NCBI GenBank assembly: GCA_013239625.1 | Contig: MU053881.1 | Span: 12,414,879-12,478,878 of the forward strand | Length of the DNA: 64,000 nt | Direction: 5' to 3' | Origin: Lama guanicoe | Taxonomy: Eukaryota | In this document: positions 36,589-50,989 of the stretch, in pieces | Position numbering within the stretch: position 1 is the stretch's first letter | Layout of the letters: each line of letters starts with the position of its first letter | Notes under the pieces: generated by a model | Databases searched by the model: none | Told to the model about the DNA's origin: nothing | The model's input: only the letters and a program-made list of their open reading frames with translations | Program-made: the position numbers and the translations under genes

Positions 36589-36989
36589 GCAGCCTAACTC
36601 GCCTTTCTCCCTGGTGTTTCCTGGTTGGCCCACGCCGTTTCCCCGTCCTCTGGGATCCTGTGGCACCATTCTGCTTGTTTGTGTGCCTGTTCCCCGTGGG
36701 AGGTTAGGAGCTCCTTAGACTTGGTGTTCCTAGCACAGTGCCTGACATGTCGTAAGACCTCAGTGTGCTTGTTGAACTTAAAGCATTGCTCATGTCACGT
36801 TGCTATTCTAAGGCTGAGTTACAACAGCAATATGTCATTCAGACCGGAGCTGCTCACAATCTCTTGTGAAATTGGTGGGCTCCTACCAAGGGCAGATATC
36901 TTCTCTGAACTGGAAAACATTTTACTCATCTTTTTTACGTCTTATATGTGGGGCCCAGTGGAGAGGGCAGTTGCTGATGTGATACTTAC

Positions 36990-37860
36990 ACATTCATTCA
37001 ACAAATATTGAACAGCTGTTCTGAGCCAGGCCCTGCCCTAGGCATTTGCGATACATGTGCATGTGATAAAGCAGGCAGCACCCAGACCAGGACTGGAACA
37101 TGTGAACACTCAGCTTGTATTATGGTAACGGCTTGAGTGCTGAATGCATTGCAGGATGCTGTGAAATTCCTAACACAAACCCAGAACCTAGACTGGTGGG
37201 CAGGGAAATTATTTGAGAAGAAGCGACATGAATGCTGAGACCTGAGGACCAATGAGGAGTTATGATGGTGAAAGCGTAGGGCTGGAGTGTTCTGGGAGAG
37301 GAATGTGCAAAACACTGGTAGTGATAGAGAGGGTGAAGCATGCTTGAGAGATGGCTGGGGATGGCCAGGCAGCGGTTCTTAAGCTTTGGCTGCATCAGAG
37401 TCACCTGGAGGCTTGTTAAACACAGGTAGCTGGGCCTTACCCCACAAGAGGTTCTAATTCAGCAAGTCTGGGAAGGCTGGAAACTTTGTTTTTCTAACAA
37501 GCTCCCAGGTAATGTTGATGTTGCTGGTCTGGGGACCACACTTGGAGAGCCAGTGGGCTAGGAGGAGCACAGTGAGTGAGGTGCAGAGTTGGCTGGAGGT
37601 GGGCTGGACATGAAGCAGGGGCTAGATTATAAAGGTCTTAAAAGATATGTTTGAATTGGGTCCTGAGGTCCACTGGAAGCTTCTGATGGGGCTTGATGGT
37701 GACATATTGATTGTTTCAATCTACATATGGGGGACCTGTTGGAGAAGGATAACGCTGAAGGAGGCTGTTGTAGGAGTGGAAGGGAGAGGTGGCGGTCATC
37801 TCAAGTACAGAGGTGGCAGCAGGGATGGAGAGGATGGATGGATTTCAGAAAGATAGAAGC
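36990..37860 (-). mobile_element. L2 fragment with an inserted MER5A (37370-37555)
   Basis: cattcattcaacaaatattga is the antisense L2 tail. cagcggttcttaagctttggctgcatcagagtcacctgg...ggaccacacttggagagccagtg resembles MER5A. Confidence 0.75.
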
Positions 37861-39069
37861 TAGCACGGGAACAGTCTGCAGAGGTGCTCCTTGAAAAATG
37901 GTCTCCCTCATCAGCTGTATCCCATTATGAAATTCTGTCATAGCAGTTGGGGATCAGAGTGTGGTCCCCAGCCAGCAACATCACATCATCTGGGAAATCA
38001 TTAGAAATCCGTGTGTCCAGAAAGTGTAGCAAGGGGGCCGATATTCTGTGTTTCATAAAGCCCTCAGGGTGATTCTGATGCACACCAAAATTTGAGAGAC
38101 ACTGCCTTAAGCAATTGTGTACTTAATGGAACACAGAATAAAATGAAACACTAGATAAAATAAATTCCAAGCTAAATCAGAATTAAAATGCTAATCTCCC
38201 ATGCAATGACCCTGCATGAGGAATTTTAAAAAGTAAAGTAATACTGTAAATGAATCAGATTCTTTCCACCGTGATAGGTGGCTAACAGCAGGTTTTGGTG
38301 GCCTAACAGGGATGAAACTAGAAAGACCCTGGCTGGAAAGGTGGGACTCCCAGTGGAAGAGAACTCAGAGAAGGGGTTTGTGTCAGTAGCTTTGTCACTG
38401 TGCTTAAGGAAGTTGACACTTTGCTGCCAATCAAGTCTCGTGGTGAGGCAGTGTTTCTTTAACTAGGGATACCTTTTGGAAGGATTCATAACTCTGGTTC
38501 TTAAGCACAGAGAGTTTGGCTTTCATTCATTCAGCCACGAGATGGCAGCCTTGAGTTACTTTTCAAACAGTCAGCAAAGTCTAAATTTAGGAGGAAAAAA
38601 CTCCAGCTTGGAGTTTGGAAAGGGTGCCAGCTCATTCATCTCTATCCTGCGCGTGGTTTTGACATTCTATTTTTTGGATTTCTCCCATTAGTTATGACAC
38701 TCAAAGTTTTTTTATTCCCTGAAAGGCAGAGAGCCAAAGCTTTAATTAAACCCTTGGGGGCACTGCTTCAGTAACTACCATGAGCTAGGCACTTTACATA
38801 AATTGTTTCACTTGCTTCTCATAACATCCCCATGAAATAAGTAATATTGCCTCTCATTTTATGTTGGAGAGAACGAAGGGTCCAGAGGTTTAGCTGTGAG
38901 CCCAAGATTACCCAGCCATAAGGTTGAACTGAGTTTGGAACACAAGTTAGCTTAACTTGCCAGTAGAACACCCTCACTTAATCCTCGAGTAAATGTTGAT
39001 TGGAGTTGGTACGTTTTTTAAAATCACAGTAATCTAGAGCTAGATTCTACCCCGAGGTTTGTTTGTTTG

Positions 39070-39420
39070 CTTTTTTGCAACTTAAAGCTATATGAATTTA
39101 TTGTCTCTGTTTCTGTAGGTCAGAAGTCCAGGCGCAGCATGGCTGGATTCTCTGCTCAGGGCCTCACTGGGCTCAAGTCTGGGTCCGCTGGGGCTGGGCT
39201 CTCCCCTAGGTCTCAGGCTCCTCTTCCAAGCTCATTGGTTGTGGCAGAGTTCAGTTCCTTCAGTTGGAGAATCAAGGTGTCCCTCCTTTGCTGGCTGCCA
39301 ACCAGGGGCTGCTGTCAGTTTCAGGAGGCCCCTGCACCTCTTGCCTTGAGGCCTCTTCAACTCCAGAGTCACCTGTGGAAAATCTCCCCAACATTGAATT
39401 CTTGTCATGCTTCAAAAGTC
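39070..39420 (-). mobile_element. MaLR (MLT1) LTR fragment
   Basis: tttctgtaggtcagaagtccaggcgcagcatggctggattctctgctcagg...cttccaagctcatt. Confidence 0.75.
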
Positions 39421-41213
39421 TGCCTTCCTCTCATCCACCAGCCCTCAACTCCAAGTTTTATAAAATAGGAATCATATGTAAAGCTTTAAGTTAGCTGTTC
39501 TCCACACTCCAGCATCAGACGTTTCACTGGTTTTATTTGTAGAGATGGCATTTTAGCTTTTCCTAGATTTAGTGTAGAAATCAGTTGAATTAGGAGTTAG
39601 ATGTAAAAATCTCCTATTCCAACTGGATGTTAGAACTCTAACCCTTTTTCTTCAAAGCTCATAGAAATATGGGCGTGATTTTTTTTAATGACATGTATCA
39701 CTTTCTACTTTGCACTATAAAGTTATGCTCACACATAAATCATCTACTTCCCTGTGAGTCCAGGAAGACGGAATCCATGCCTGAGTCATTTCTTTATATT
39801 CTTGCCTTATTGGCCTTTAGTGAGTTTGTGTGTAGTCAGAATGTGTCTAATCAGGGTGGAAACAAAATTAATACAAATTAATCCACTTGAAGATAATATC
39901 AACTTTTTATATAAAGTATCAATGCCATGCTGAACCACCTTGGACCCTGAGGCAAAAGGAATTTTTTGATGCCCCCTTAAATTTTGCACTCAGATGGATG
40001 CCTCACTTGCCTTCCTCTAGTCCTGGCTCTGGAAATAGTCCTAAGTCCTTATTCAGATGAGTTTTCTCAACCCTTAGCCAATAAAAATTTATTGAGTGAC
40101 TACTATATGTCAATCACTGTGCTTAGTTTTCTAAACAAAATGGTGAGTAAGAAATGGACCTACCTTTTCTCTCACAGAGCTTTATTTTTCCTACGTAAAG
40201 GTGGAAAGCACGATTATGCAGTAAATGACTCTTAGTTACTTCTTAGTTATAAATAGGAAAAATAGGTGGCAAATTAAGCCATATAATGGCAGTTTAATGG
40301 GGCCCAGTTTCTCTGCTGAATTTTTTGTAACTTCTGAGTACAGTTTGTAAATTGAGATCAGAAAGTATTTTGAAAGAAATTTGACCAGTTGAAAGAAAAA
40401 CATCATCCTTTACTTCTCTTCTTTCATTAGTTTTCTGACCAGGAAGATTGACACACTGTCCTAATCGGGGATACCATATCGTGTTTTCTAGTGTCGTGGT
40501 GGTTATGAGCATGGGTTTGGGGTGGTCAGACTTGAGTCTGTGAGTTATTAAGGACAGCTGGTATCATAATGCTGGGCTTGCCTCCCAACTCTACCATTTG
40601 CTGAGTAACTTTGGAGAATTTATTTAATGTCTCTGTGCTACTGTTTCCTCATTGGTAAAAGGAAGGCAATGAGTAAATAAGCTGATCTATGTAAGGCACT
40701 TAGAACAATTCTTGGTACATAGTAAATATTCCCACTAATAACAGTAACAGTAGTTCTGTCATTGAATTCCTGTGTAAATTACTTGGCTTATCTGAGCTTC
40801 AGTTACCTCAGTTGACACGTGGAAAAATAATAGTACCTTTATCATGAGGCTCTTTTGATGACTAAGTGAAAGAATAAATGGAAATCACTTAGCATGGCAT
40901 CTAAATGCTCAAAAAGTTAGCTCTTTCTTTTTAAATGCTTGTCTTCTTAACTAAAGGTCCTTTAAAAATCCAGTAGGAACTATAGATTATTCATCTTGTA
41001 TACTTGGTGTCGTTCATAGTGTGTGGGATATAACAGGTACTCAATAAATCTTTGATGAGAGTATGTAGAAATGAATAAATATCAGAATTATAAGAGCCCT
41101 TAAATTCTGAGGTGTGCATGCAAAATTCTGAAGTAAATGAAGATCATTTTGGTTGTGTGGGTGTAGGTGTGTGTGTATGAGAGAGAGAGAGAGATTAAAC
41201 TTATCTAGGAAAG

Positions 41214-41566
41214 TACTATGGTCTGAATGTTTGTCTTCCCCCAAAATTCACATGTTGAAATCCTAATATAATGGCATTAGAAGGTGGGGCCTTTGGGATT
41301 GGGTCATGACAGTTCTGTTCTTATGAATGAGATTAGTGCCCTTAGGAAAGAGGCTCCAGAGAGCCAGCTCGCCCCTTCCATCACGTGAGGACACAACGAG
41401 ATGATGCCAGTCTGGAACCTGGAAGAGGGCCTTCCCAGGAGCTCAGCCATGCTGGCCCTCTGCTCTCGGGCCCCCTGCCTCCAGGACCGTGAGAAACACA
41501 TCTGTATTGTTGATAAGGCCCCAGTCTGTGGGATTTGCTGTAGCAGCCCGAATCAGCTATACCAGA
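41214..41566 (+). mobile_element. MaLR (MLT1A-like) solo LTR
   Basis: ctatggtctgaatgtttgtc...ccccaaaattcacatgttgaaatcctaa...tagcagcccgaa; TSD GAAAG. Confidence 0.85.
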
Positions 41567-42249
41567 GAAAGTGAGGAGCTCCATTGAATTCCACTGAACC
41601 TTTCATGTGCATCCTTTGCTTGTGTTTTATAAAGACCACAAAAGGAGGCTTCAAGATTTTTGTGAAAAAGATTATTCCCAGTTCTGTGCCTGTCAATTTC
41701 CCTGGCAAATCACCCAAGTGGAGTTATTCAGGTAGATATCAGAGTAGATTAGTTTATTGGAAAAATTGAGAGCAGGGGAACACAGAATAGTGGTGATATT
41801 TTCTTCCCCTTTTCTCCTTGATCCTTTCCTCCTTGGTCATGTTCTCAGTTTAGCTCACCCTTTTATTCTCTTTTCAAAGCTTTTCCAAAAGTTAGAGGGA
41901 AAAAACCCCCAAGTCAATCAATATTTACTTTGAAGATTAAAAGCTGTAGCTTTTTTAGAGTGCATCTTTTAAGCGGGTACCATTGTTGTGAGGCTGCCTG
42001 CATCTCCACCCTGTATCCAGGAAGGTTTTGTCTGCCTTCACTACCAAGTAAATTATATTGAATAATTGACAATAAGAAATTATCAGTTTAGTTCTTGGGA
42101 ATTCAGGTTGTATTGTTTTATCATCATCATGTCAGGATTGTTGTTCTAAATTAAAAAAAAATGCATTATCTTCTAGAATTTTGTCTGTGCCTGTTAAATA
42201 CTCAATTGAATAAACTATCTGCTTAAGAAAAGAACTAGTCTAGCGGGTA

Positions 42250-42490
42250 AGAGTGTGAGCTCCTGGGTCAGATGGCTTGCCTTTGAATCCTGATTATACT
42301 GGTTGTCAGCCATGGGACTTTCATAATTTACTTAAACTCTTGTTTTGAGTCTCAGTTCCCTCATCTCTAGAATGGAGATAATATCTGTCTCATAGTGTTA
42401 CAGAAATTAAATGAAGTAACATATGTAACGTGCTTGGTGCGGTGTTGGCATATGACCAGTGCTCAGTAAACATTAATTATCGCCATTGTT
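42250..42490 (+). mobile_element. MIR SINE, near full length
   Basis: taagagtgtgagctc...ttgaatcctg...tctcagttccctcatctctagaatggagataata...gtgctcagtaaac. Confidence 0.75.
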
Positions 42491-42763
42491 ATTCAGCTGA
42501 TTGAGCATCTGATGGCTGCAGTCACTGATGAAGTCACTTCCAAAAGGGGAAAAGTCAGAGCATACAAGTTTTTCCAAGGTTGCTATTTTGCAAACTTTAA
42601 TATTAATGCACTCAATTCAAGGGATGAGCTTTAGAAAAATTGGAGAGCTGAAAAAGAAAATTACCTAATCACCAATGTGATTTAAAAAAGTTGTTTCAAA
42701 TTACACTGAATGCTACCGCTGCACCGTTAGGGAATGAGTATATGGATATATCATGCCTCGGAT

Positions 42764-43295
42764 CGTTACTGAGTCCAAACTCGTCCTGCTCGCCGCACGA
42801 CAGGCCAATAAATCGGGAGATGAAGTGTTGGGTCAAGGAATAACAACTTTATTCAGAAAGCCGGCAGACCGAGAAGATGGCAGGCTAATGTCCTGGAGAA
42901 CCATCTTCCCCAAGTCAGAATTCAGTCTCTTCCACTAAAAAGAAGAGGGGATATGCTTGGTTATTACAGACTTCCTGGTGTAGGAATTCTTTGTTCTTGG
43001 AATCCTTTGTTCTTGTAGCTGTTCACATGGGTCAGGTCATGGTGTCCCTGTGAACCTCCAATAAAACAGATGTTATTTTCTATTCTGCAGCTTGTTGTTT
43101 ATATGAATGGAAAGGTCTCAGTATCCTTAAAGATTACAGCCTTGAGAATGGGCTCTCCTGTATATTTCAGGCTCTAGGCAACATTCTTTTACAAAAGGTG
43201 CAGATCCAGCAAGACTAAGTCTAGGAAACAGAGCACAGGGTTAAAGCCAAAGAAACAGATCTAATATGGAGCCAGATTTGTTCTTTTCTATTACA
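42764..43295 (-). mobile_element. Laurasiatherian ERV1-type solo LTR
   Basis: (c)gttactgagtccaaactcgtcctgctcgccgcacgacaggccaataaatc...ttctattaCA, with 4-bp TSD GGAT (42760-42763 and 43296-43299) and retained CpGs. Confidence 0.85.
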
Positions 43296-46200
43296 GGATT
43301 ATTTCATCTTCTCAATTGCATCCCCCCAGGCACTTTCTCAGAAAATATCAGTGACTAGAAGCGCTTTCAGTGTATATAATAAGAAAGTGTATAGTATGCA
43401 AACTATTTGAAACTGGTTATAACAATTTTTGCAAAAATTTCTAGAGTACCAGGGATTTCCAAATAATTGGACATAAAAGAAACAAGTTTAGGGTAAAATA
43501 TTTTAATACAATCACTTCCATCTCCAAATGAAAATGCATGGGCCTTTGGTGTAGATGGAAGAAATTGGCGTTATTTCTGGCCTCTCTGTATAATATAAAT
43601 TCACATCAGTAGAAATATTGTGAGTAGCTACTATTTGGTAGGTTCTGTATTTAGGTCTGTCAGAAACATCTCATTTCCATTAAGTCTTTCTCTGAAAGGG
43701 GTCAAGAGCCTATTCATTTTTCTGCCCCATAGATCAAATGTGATTTATTTTTTGTACACAATTTCAGCGTAATCCACTAGTGATATTACTATAGAAGTAT
43801 AGTTATCTGTTGAAAGTTTATCAGCTCTAAACCTTAATTTTGCATGGATAGGGCACGTGTAGGGCTAATTTATCTGTTAAGAGATTAGGATCTAAGGGAA
43901 TTTTAAAAGGCTGTGTTTGAGACCTGAAAAAAGAAATTCTTTGAATTAGCTCAAAAATGCAGTAAAAAGCTAAAAAGTCATAATGGAATAATGTTAAATC
44001 AGATATTCACAAAATATAATATTTTGTCAATTTTAATAATATGTGTATTAGTTATAAAATTTCATTCAATTTGAAAACTTTTTAAAGATTAATTTGCTCA
44101 CTTTGTGGGAACTCCTGTTTGCAGTGATTACTGATAAAATTCTATTTGCAGTGATTACTGATAAAAATTAAATGTGTTATCCAGAGCCAAATAACTTAAC
44201 AAATGAAATTTGTGCAATATTTAAGAATGTTTGCATAGCACAAATTGTTTTAATGAGGCATTTGCAGGTATATTTTCATATGATTTATTAATATGGTGTG
44301 AGGGAGAAAACCCTTACTAATATGATGTAGAGTGATATGGCTTTGATTGTCTCAAAATATTCTAGACAGGCTTTTATTTTTAACTTGCTATCTCTTTGTA
44401 CATGACCAGTATGGTAGTGGTTAAGCATTCTGATAGGACAAAGGACTAAAAGCTAAGACAGCAAGCTCCATTGGTGCCTGTCCCATCATTAAGTCGACAG
44501 AAAATAAGCAAGGTAGTTGGTTTTCAGTCAGTATTGTCAGCTGGGTACTGTACTGCTGTAATGGCCTGTCAGCTCTGATTCTCTTATATAGAAAGATTGT
44601 GGGGGAGGGGCGGGGGATGCCCTTTTAATCATCGTACTGAGAATCGACTTGCTCTTTCTCTGTAACCAAACAAGAAAAAAACCGAAGAGTAAGTGCCGAT
44701 CTCTCGAATAACAGGCAGGACTTAATTCTCGAAAGAAACACGAACGTCTCCGATGCAATTACTGAGCCTGATTTTAGGGGCCTCGCCTGGGATCAAACCG
44801 AAGCCTCAGGTTAGGGAGTGAAGCCTTCAGAGCTCACCAGCATGCTCTTGCACCCTGGGAAGAATTTCATGAACTGATCAATATTTTAAATAATGAAGAA
44901 AGAAAACCAAGTGCGCCTAGTCCATGTTTTCTGTCTCTAACCGAAGATAAGTAGGAACTGGTTCATGTATTCCTTAACACCTGGTCAGAAATTCACTCTG
45001 GGTCTCTGCTTTGCATTCTTCTGCTCACTTTTCCAATGAATATTTGTTGAGCCTTTTCTAGTGGGCAGGCACAATGCTAGGCCCTAGGTGTATATATGTG
45101 TTCTCATTTGGCTTTTGTAAAACACATCATCTGGTCATTCTGATTGTGATGGGCACAATTAAAGAAGCTACCAGGAGTGTAAGACAGTAAGTCACTGGGA
45201 TTTACAGAGGTCTGGAAGGTCCTCTGGGAAGAAGTGTCACATCAGCCAAGAACTGAAGGATGAGAATGAGTCAGTTAATTGAAGAGAGGAGGAAGAGCAT
45301 TGCAGGGAGAGGAACAGCAGGTGCAGAGGTTCAGAGGTGGAAGCCTGCCCTCAGTTAGATAATTCCCTCTGATTTATTTAGCAAATACTTATTAGGAGGC
45401 ATTTTACTAAGTACTTGTAGGGATACAAAGATGAAAACATAGTCCTTGTCCTCAAGGAACTTGTATAGAAAAGATCTTTATTTCCCTAGTAGAGATTCAT
45501 TCTGTAAGTCAGTGAATACATAAATACACTGTAGCTTTGTGTATGCTGGAAATATGTGTACCAAATTCACCTTATCCCAAACAAACATAGAAACAAATAG
45601 AGCAACTGGCAGACAGAAAAAAAAAATGGTCTGTGGGGTCAGATTTTTAAAGATGTAGACTTGAGTCACTCCAAGAAGCTGTGCAGTCGCCCCTAAGACA
45701 CACTATGATTTTGAGCTCATGGCTTTAAAATCTCAGACTTTCTCTGCTGTGTGACCTCCAGTGGGGACTTTCACTTTCTTTGCTTCACACAAAACATCTG
45801 AAAAATGGAGGCTTGGGGGTAGAATCCAACTATTGGTTCAAGGTGGTTCTGGAACTCAATGATACAGCCACATAACTGCTGCCAAGTAATTGCAGAAAGG
45901 AAGGACACATTCCTCAAACGTGCTGTTTCTTCTTGCTGGCAGAAGTAGGAAGACGAGAATAGACAAAACAACAACAGGTATTATTTATTTATTTACTACT
46001 TGGTCCAGCGACTGCGGGAAGCCCTCGTATACAATGTACCTCTTTTAAATCTAAAAAGTGCAGATGAGGAAACTGAAGTTGAGAGAACCCAAGGTCATAC
46101 ATCTGGTAAACGTTGGAGCCTGACCTGGAATCCTCATTTGCGTTCTTTCTGCTATATCTCAGGAAAGGCCAATTGCAGGCAAATGGATAGGTGCCTAGGA

Positions 46201-47924
46201 CATCTCTTTTGGTATCATCTTTAGGAAGAACTTCCTTAATGAGGTGCTTGGTATCATCTGGAATGGTTGCTAAAGGGAGCTGTTAGGCTTTTAAAAACAG
46301 AATAGCTATTGAGCCAGAAAGGAAAAAAAGAGAAGCCAAGGACAGCAAGACATTAATATTTATTGAGTATATACTTAACGGTAGACTCAATGCTATATGC
46401 TCTCAACGCATCTCACTTAAGTCTCCCAACAAATCTTTAGAGGGAAGTATAAGCATCCCTTTGTAGATGAGGGTACCAGTCCTGACAAAGACAGTAAAGC
46501 CAAGAGATTAGGGAACTTTCTGTTGGACAGAGAGCTGGTGAGCAGCAGAGCTGACATTCAAACTCTCATTTCTTTGAATATCCAACCTGGGCTATTTCCA
46601 CTAAGAGAAGCCAAGTTTTAGACAGGAAGATAGATGATTTCTAGATGTTTTTATAGTTCCCAGTATTTTTTCACCCTTTGGCCATCTTGGTTTTATTATT
46701 TTATTTCTGCATCCATATCTTTCACATATGCAAAACATTGTTGATGGATATTTGCCTTCCTTTACTTTTGGCTCAGCTCATTTTAGTATATCTTTTTTTT
46801 TTCCTCCTTTGGTTTTCCCCTTTGCTGTCTATGACTAAAGGCTGACTGATGAAAAGTTAACAATTCTCTAGTTAATATATTAAATAGATTTTTATCCCTC
46901 CTGCCAATGTTGAGGCAACTAATTATCAGCCCCGTCTGAGAGCAAGGAAAGTTGACCTCAGACAGAGTAACAGAGCCCTTCAAAGCAAGAAAGGAAAAAG
47001 TGGGGTCTCCCAGCTCCCTCAGCTCCAAGCCAATCTGATATAATTGCCTGAGAACAAGGACTCAAGTACTTGGAGTCTTCGCAGATAGAGAGCCTCAGAA
47101 ATAATGATTACAGCAAATCAGGGCTCATGAATATGCAGCTTATTTCTGCTTAGAGACACTTGAGTTATCGAAATTAAAAATACAAAATTATGGATTGCAA
47201 AGAAAGCGGCGGGGATTTTTTTTATTTTTTTTATTTTAACAATTGGAAAATATCACTGGAAATGAAGTCTTCCTGCCAACATGAAGCACATAATAATCAT
47301 GCCAGGGAAATGATGCTTTTCTAAATGCTTGTTTTAAATAGATTTCCCCCACCCCCCCAAAAATGTGTTTAAAGATAGACTACGGAGGCTTTAACTCATG
47401 TGATTTTTCTTTTTATGGATTTCAGTTTCAAGGTTATTCATTTTGGGACAGAGTCTAATACCATCTTATTCACGAGATGTTCCATCTACCCTTAAATGCC
47501 CTGAAATAAGGCAATTGGGTTTTGGTGCCTTTTTCGTTAGAAGTCCCTTCCTTTTTTTCAACATCTCCTTGGATGTTCCTAAGCATGGTGTTTCAGAGAC
47601 CCTCCATTCCTCTAGGCTTAACCTTTCAGATTCTACCCCATGCTTTAAACCTTATCTCTTTCTTCTGCTAGTCGACTCATTTCTTGCTGTCTCTATTCAG
47701 GCTCTTTCGAGGCAACATGGTTAATAAATTTAAGTGTATGTGCTAATGTTTTATAATTTATCACGTTACTATTGTCTTTTTATAAGTTAAATTTGCAGAC
47801 CCCATTTTTAAATATCTGGGCTTGCAACACCAGGTTCCTACCATGTGGTTAAAATTGTCTTGATCACATAGATGTGAGATTACTAGATGTAATAATATGT
47901 AACTAAAATAGTTCTTTTAAAATG

Positions 47925-47925
<1 letters not shown>

Positions 47926-47954
<29 letters not shown>
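47926..47954. repeat. (TG)14 microsatellite
   Basis: Uninterrupted TG run. Confidence 0.95.
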
Positions 47955-47956
<2 letters not shown>

Positions 47957-49739
47957 TTGAGGAGATAACTAAACCAAGACATAGAATTTTGTGACACACA
48001 GGAGAATTGTTGTTTTTTCCATTTCTTAGTGGCTTACGGCAGATACAGCTAATAGCTGAGGCATCCTTACCAACTAAGTGAGGATGAGACCTCAAAATCT
48101 TTCTTAATATAGCTCCTGAAACAGCCTTTATCAAGTTAATAGGAAGTGGCACTTGGGAGAAAAAAATCACATATCTTTCTTAATACAGAGGAAGTTTGAA
48201 ATAACAATAGCAAACCAAGGCTATGAACCATCAGGCTGGTGAGCTGGTGCTGGGATGTAGGAACAAGACCGAGATAATCTTTGGTTTATAGAGGTGAAGT
48301 CAGGGTAGAGGTGGGAGTGTGGTATTAATAGAGCAATTTAAGAGAAGCAAAGTTTGAAACCAAAAGGCGGTGTGAAGGCTCGAGTCACAGGGGGATGGAT
48401 GGGGCATGTAGAGAGGTACTAACCAAGCCTGAAGTGAAAGGAGTGTCATCTGAGGGGACTGAACAGGTTTAGGAGGGGAAAAGGTGCTGAAATTGTAGCT
48501 TTCTTGAGGCTTTGCAGTTCCACGTCTGCTTGAAACATATGTACCTCAAAGGCTTTTCCAAATGCTCACATCTGCCTACACAGAGCAACTTGGCATTCGC
48601 CATTTTGAATGTATAGGTTGGCACATCTACCCAGTTCTTGTATTTCTAACTGAGCTTCTGAAATTGAGTAAATAGCCATGTTTTCTGACTAAAAGACAAT
48701 GGAGACAAGAACAGGACAGCATGCTTCTCCTAGAACCCCTGTTTCTTGAACAGTGTGGTAGTCGTAACCCCGTTTTACTCTTTATATTTTTCAACTGAAG
48801 TTGAAATGACACCAAATCCCAGACTTTTCAGGCTATTTTAGGGCCAGTTGATAACTTATTTTATTGCATCCCGCTTTCTCGTTACCTATTGGAGAAACCA
48901 CTGGATTTCATGCTCAGATTGACCGATGAATGGGGAGCTAGGGGCCATATAGTTCTACCAAAAGCACACTGGCCTATAAACGAACCTTGTTGGAGTGTTG
49001 GAATCAGGGATATCAGATTTATAATCTCTTCATGAAAGCTCTGATTCCTTTAGTTGGCTGAGTGGGAGGCTAATGCTTCTGAAATAGAAAGGTTGAGAAG
49101 CCTACGTCTGTTCCCAGGCGGTTACGGGGTCTTGACCTTCACCGGACAGAGAGACACTGATGGTTGGGATTACTACTTCTGCATTTTCAACATTATCTTC
49201 ACCCCTCCCTCCAGCTACCTCCCCCACCACTTGCACAGGAAGGAACGTGGACCCACTTGGAGCTGAAAGGGAGGACTAGAATAGGCACTGAAACTGGGAC
49301 TAAGTTGCTTAGCAGATTAAAAAGGGAAAACCTTATCTTTTAATGATCTCTTTGTGGGTCAATGAAGAGACTGATGAAGGTGTTAAATCTTTTTGGTCAA
49401 AGGGAATCTAAACTCCTCTATCTGAAGTCAGGTTTATTTCAACCAAAGTTGAGGGTTGAGACCATTATCTGGATTATTTAAGCACTAGGAAGGAACCCAA
49501 TTTTGCTTTAATTAATCTGATTTTACTGAATAAAACATTGTAGAAATTTTGTCCTGGGTTATGAAGATAGTTACCTCAGTTTCTGACTTTTATTTGGTCT
49601 GAGGAGAATGGACTAAACCCTTTCTTCATTAGGTGAATGCAACAATAAGTTTAAGGTTCTCAGAGGTAATGTATTCCCTCTTTGATTTCCACTCCTGTTA
49701 TGCTATGTTTCTTGCTTTAGGTATAATTCCCTACAACTC

Positions 49740-50171
49740 TTGTAAGAAAGGACCCCAAACTGTGACTTAAATAACGGAAGTGTATTGTCTCACAGTTCTG
49801 AGGTTATGATCCCAAGGTCAAGGTATCAGCAGGGTTGACTGATCTGAAGCTATGAGGGAGAGTCTGTTCCACGCTTCTTGCCTAATTCTGGTGGTTTTCT
49901 GGCAGTCGTTGGTGTTGCTTGGCTTGTAGAAGCATCACTGTGCCTCACTGCCTTTATTTTCACGTAGCATTCTCCTTGTCAGTGTTTGTCTCCAGATTTC
50001 CCCTTCTTATAAGGATAACCAGTCATATTAGACCAGAGCCCATGCTAATGATCTCATTTAAAATTGATTACCTCTGTAAAGACCCTATCTCCAAATAAGG
50101 TCACATTCTGAAGTATAGGGGGGTATGCTTTCAACATATGATATTTTGGAGGGCACAATTAAACCTATAAT
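49740..50171 (-). mobile_element. MaLR (MLT1C-like) LTR
   Basis: tctcacagttctgagg...tcaaggtatcagcagggttg...ccctatctccaaataaggtcacattctgaag. Confidence 0.8.
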
Positions 50172-50989
50172 ACTCAAAATATATTATGTGTATCCTTGAT
50201 ATACACACTGGATACATAACGATAAAACCATAATCATATAATCAGTGTTCCATTGCCTTCATAAAGAGAGTCTGGTTGAGCAAGCTTTTCATATATATTT
50301 TCCTCTTCCCAACTTGGAATGAGGGAGTCAGAATTTATCAGCATCTCCCCAGCATTATGTTGGAGCTGTGTAGTAATCTTTTTCCTATCTGGGAAATAGA
50401 ACTGGATGGACAGCTGGCTTCAGTGTTTGCACGAAGAGTACATAATCCTACTTATGTAACCCATCGTGTTTGCAAAATCTGCACTGCAGTTTTTGAGAGA
50501 GAATGAGATGTTTGGAAATAAAATACGCTGTGCGGAAGTGGAAAATTTATCTCTTCCTCACATTATTTTTGCTGCCTATAGTCTTATTTTGCATTCTCAA
50601 GAGGTATGTATCCCTGCCTGTGTGTTTCTTTGCTGCACATGTCAGGAATTCAGAAATGGTGATTTATGTTTCTCGGTCTATTCATTGACCTTCATTGTGA
50701 TATGCATGTTGTTTAATTCCTCAAGGACTATGATTTCTTAAGTCCAGAGTTAATCACATTGGCTTGAGGTGGGATGAGGAAAGAGTGCGTTAGGAATGAA
50801 TAGTTATACCGCCCTTATAAGTGTGAGGGTTCGTTGTTCAAATTATAATTCTACAAACAAAACCAGTCATTATATCTTGAACTAGCATCTTTTTATTTTT
50901 TAATTTTTTTGATCAGCCCGGCAGCACTTTCACCCTGCTTCTTCTCATTTATAGCACTGTTACCCCTTCAATTGTAGGAACTGTTATTC

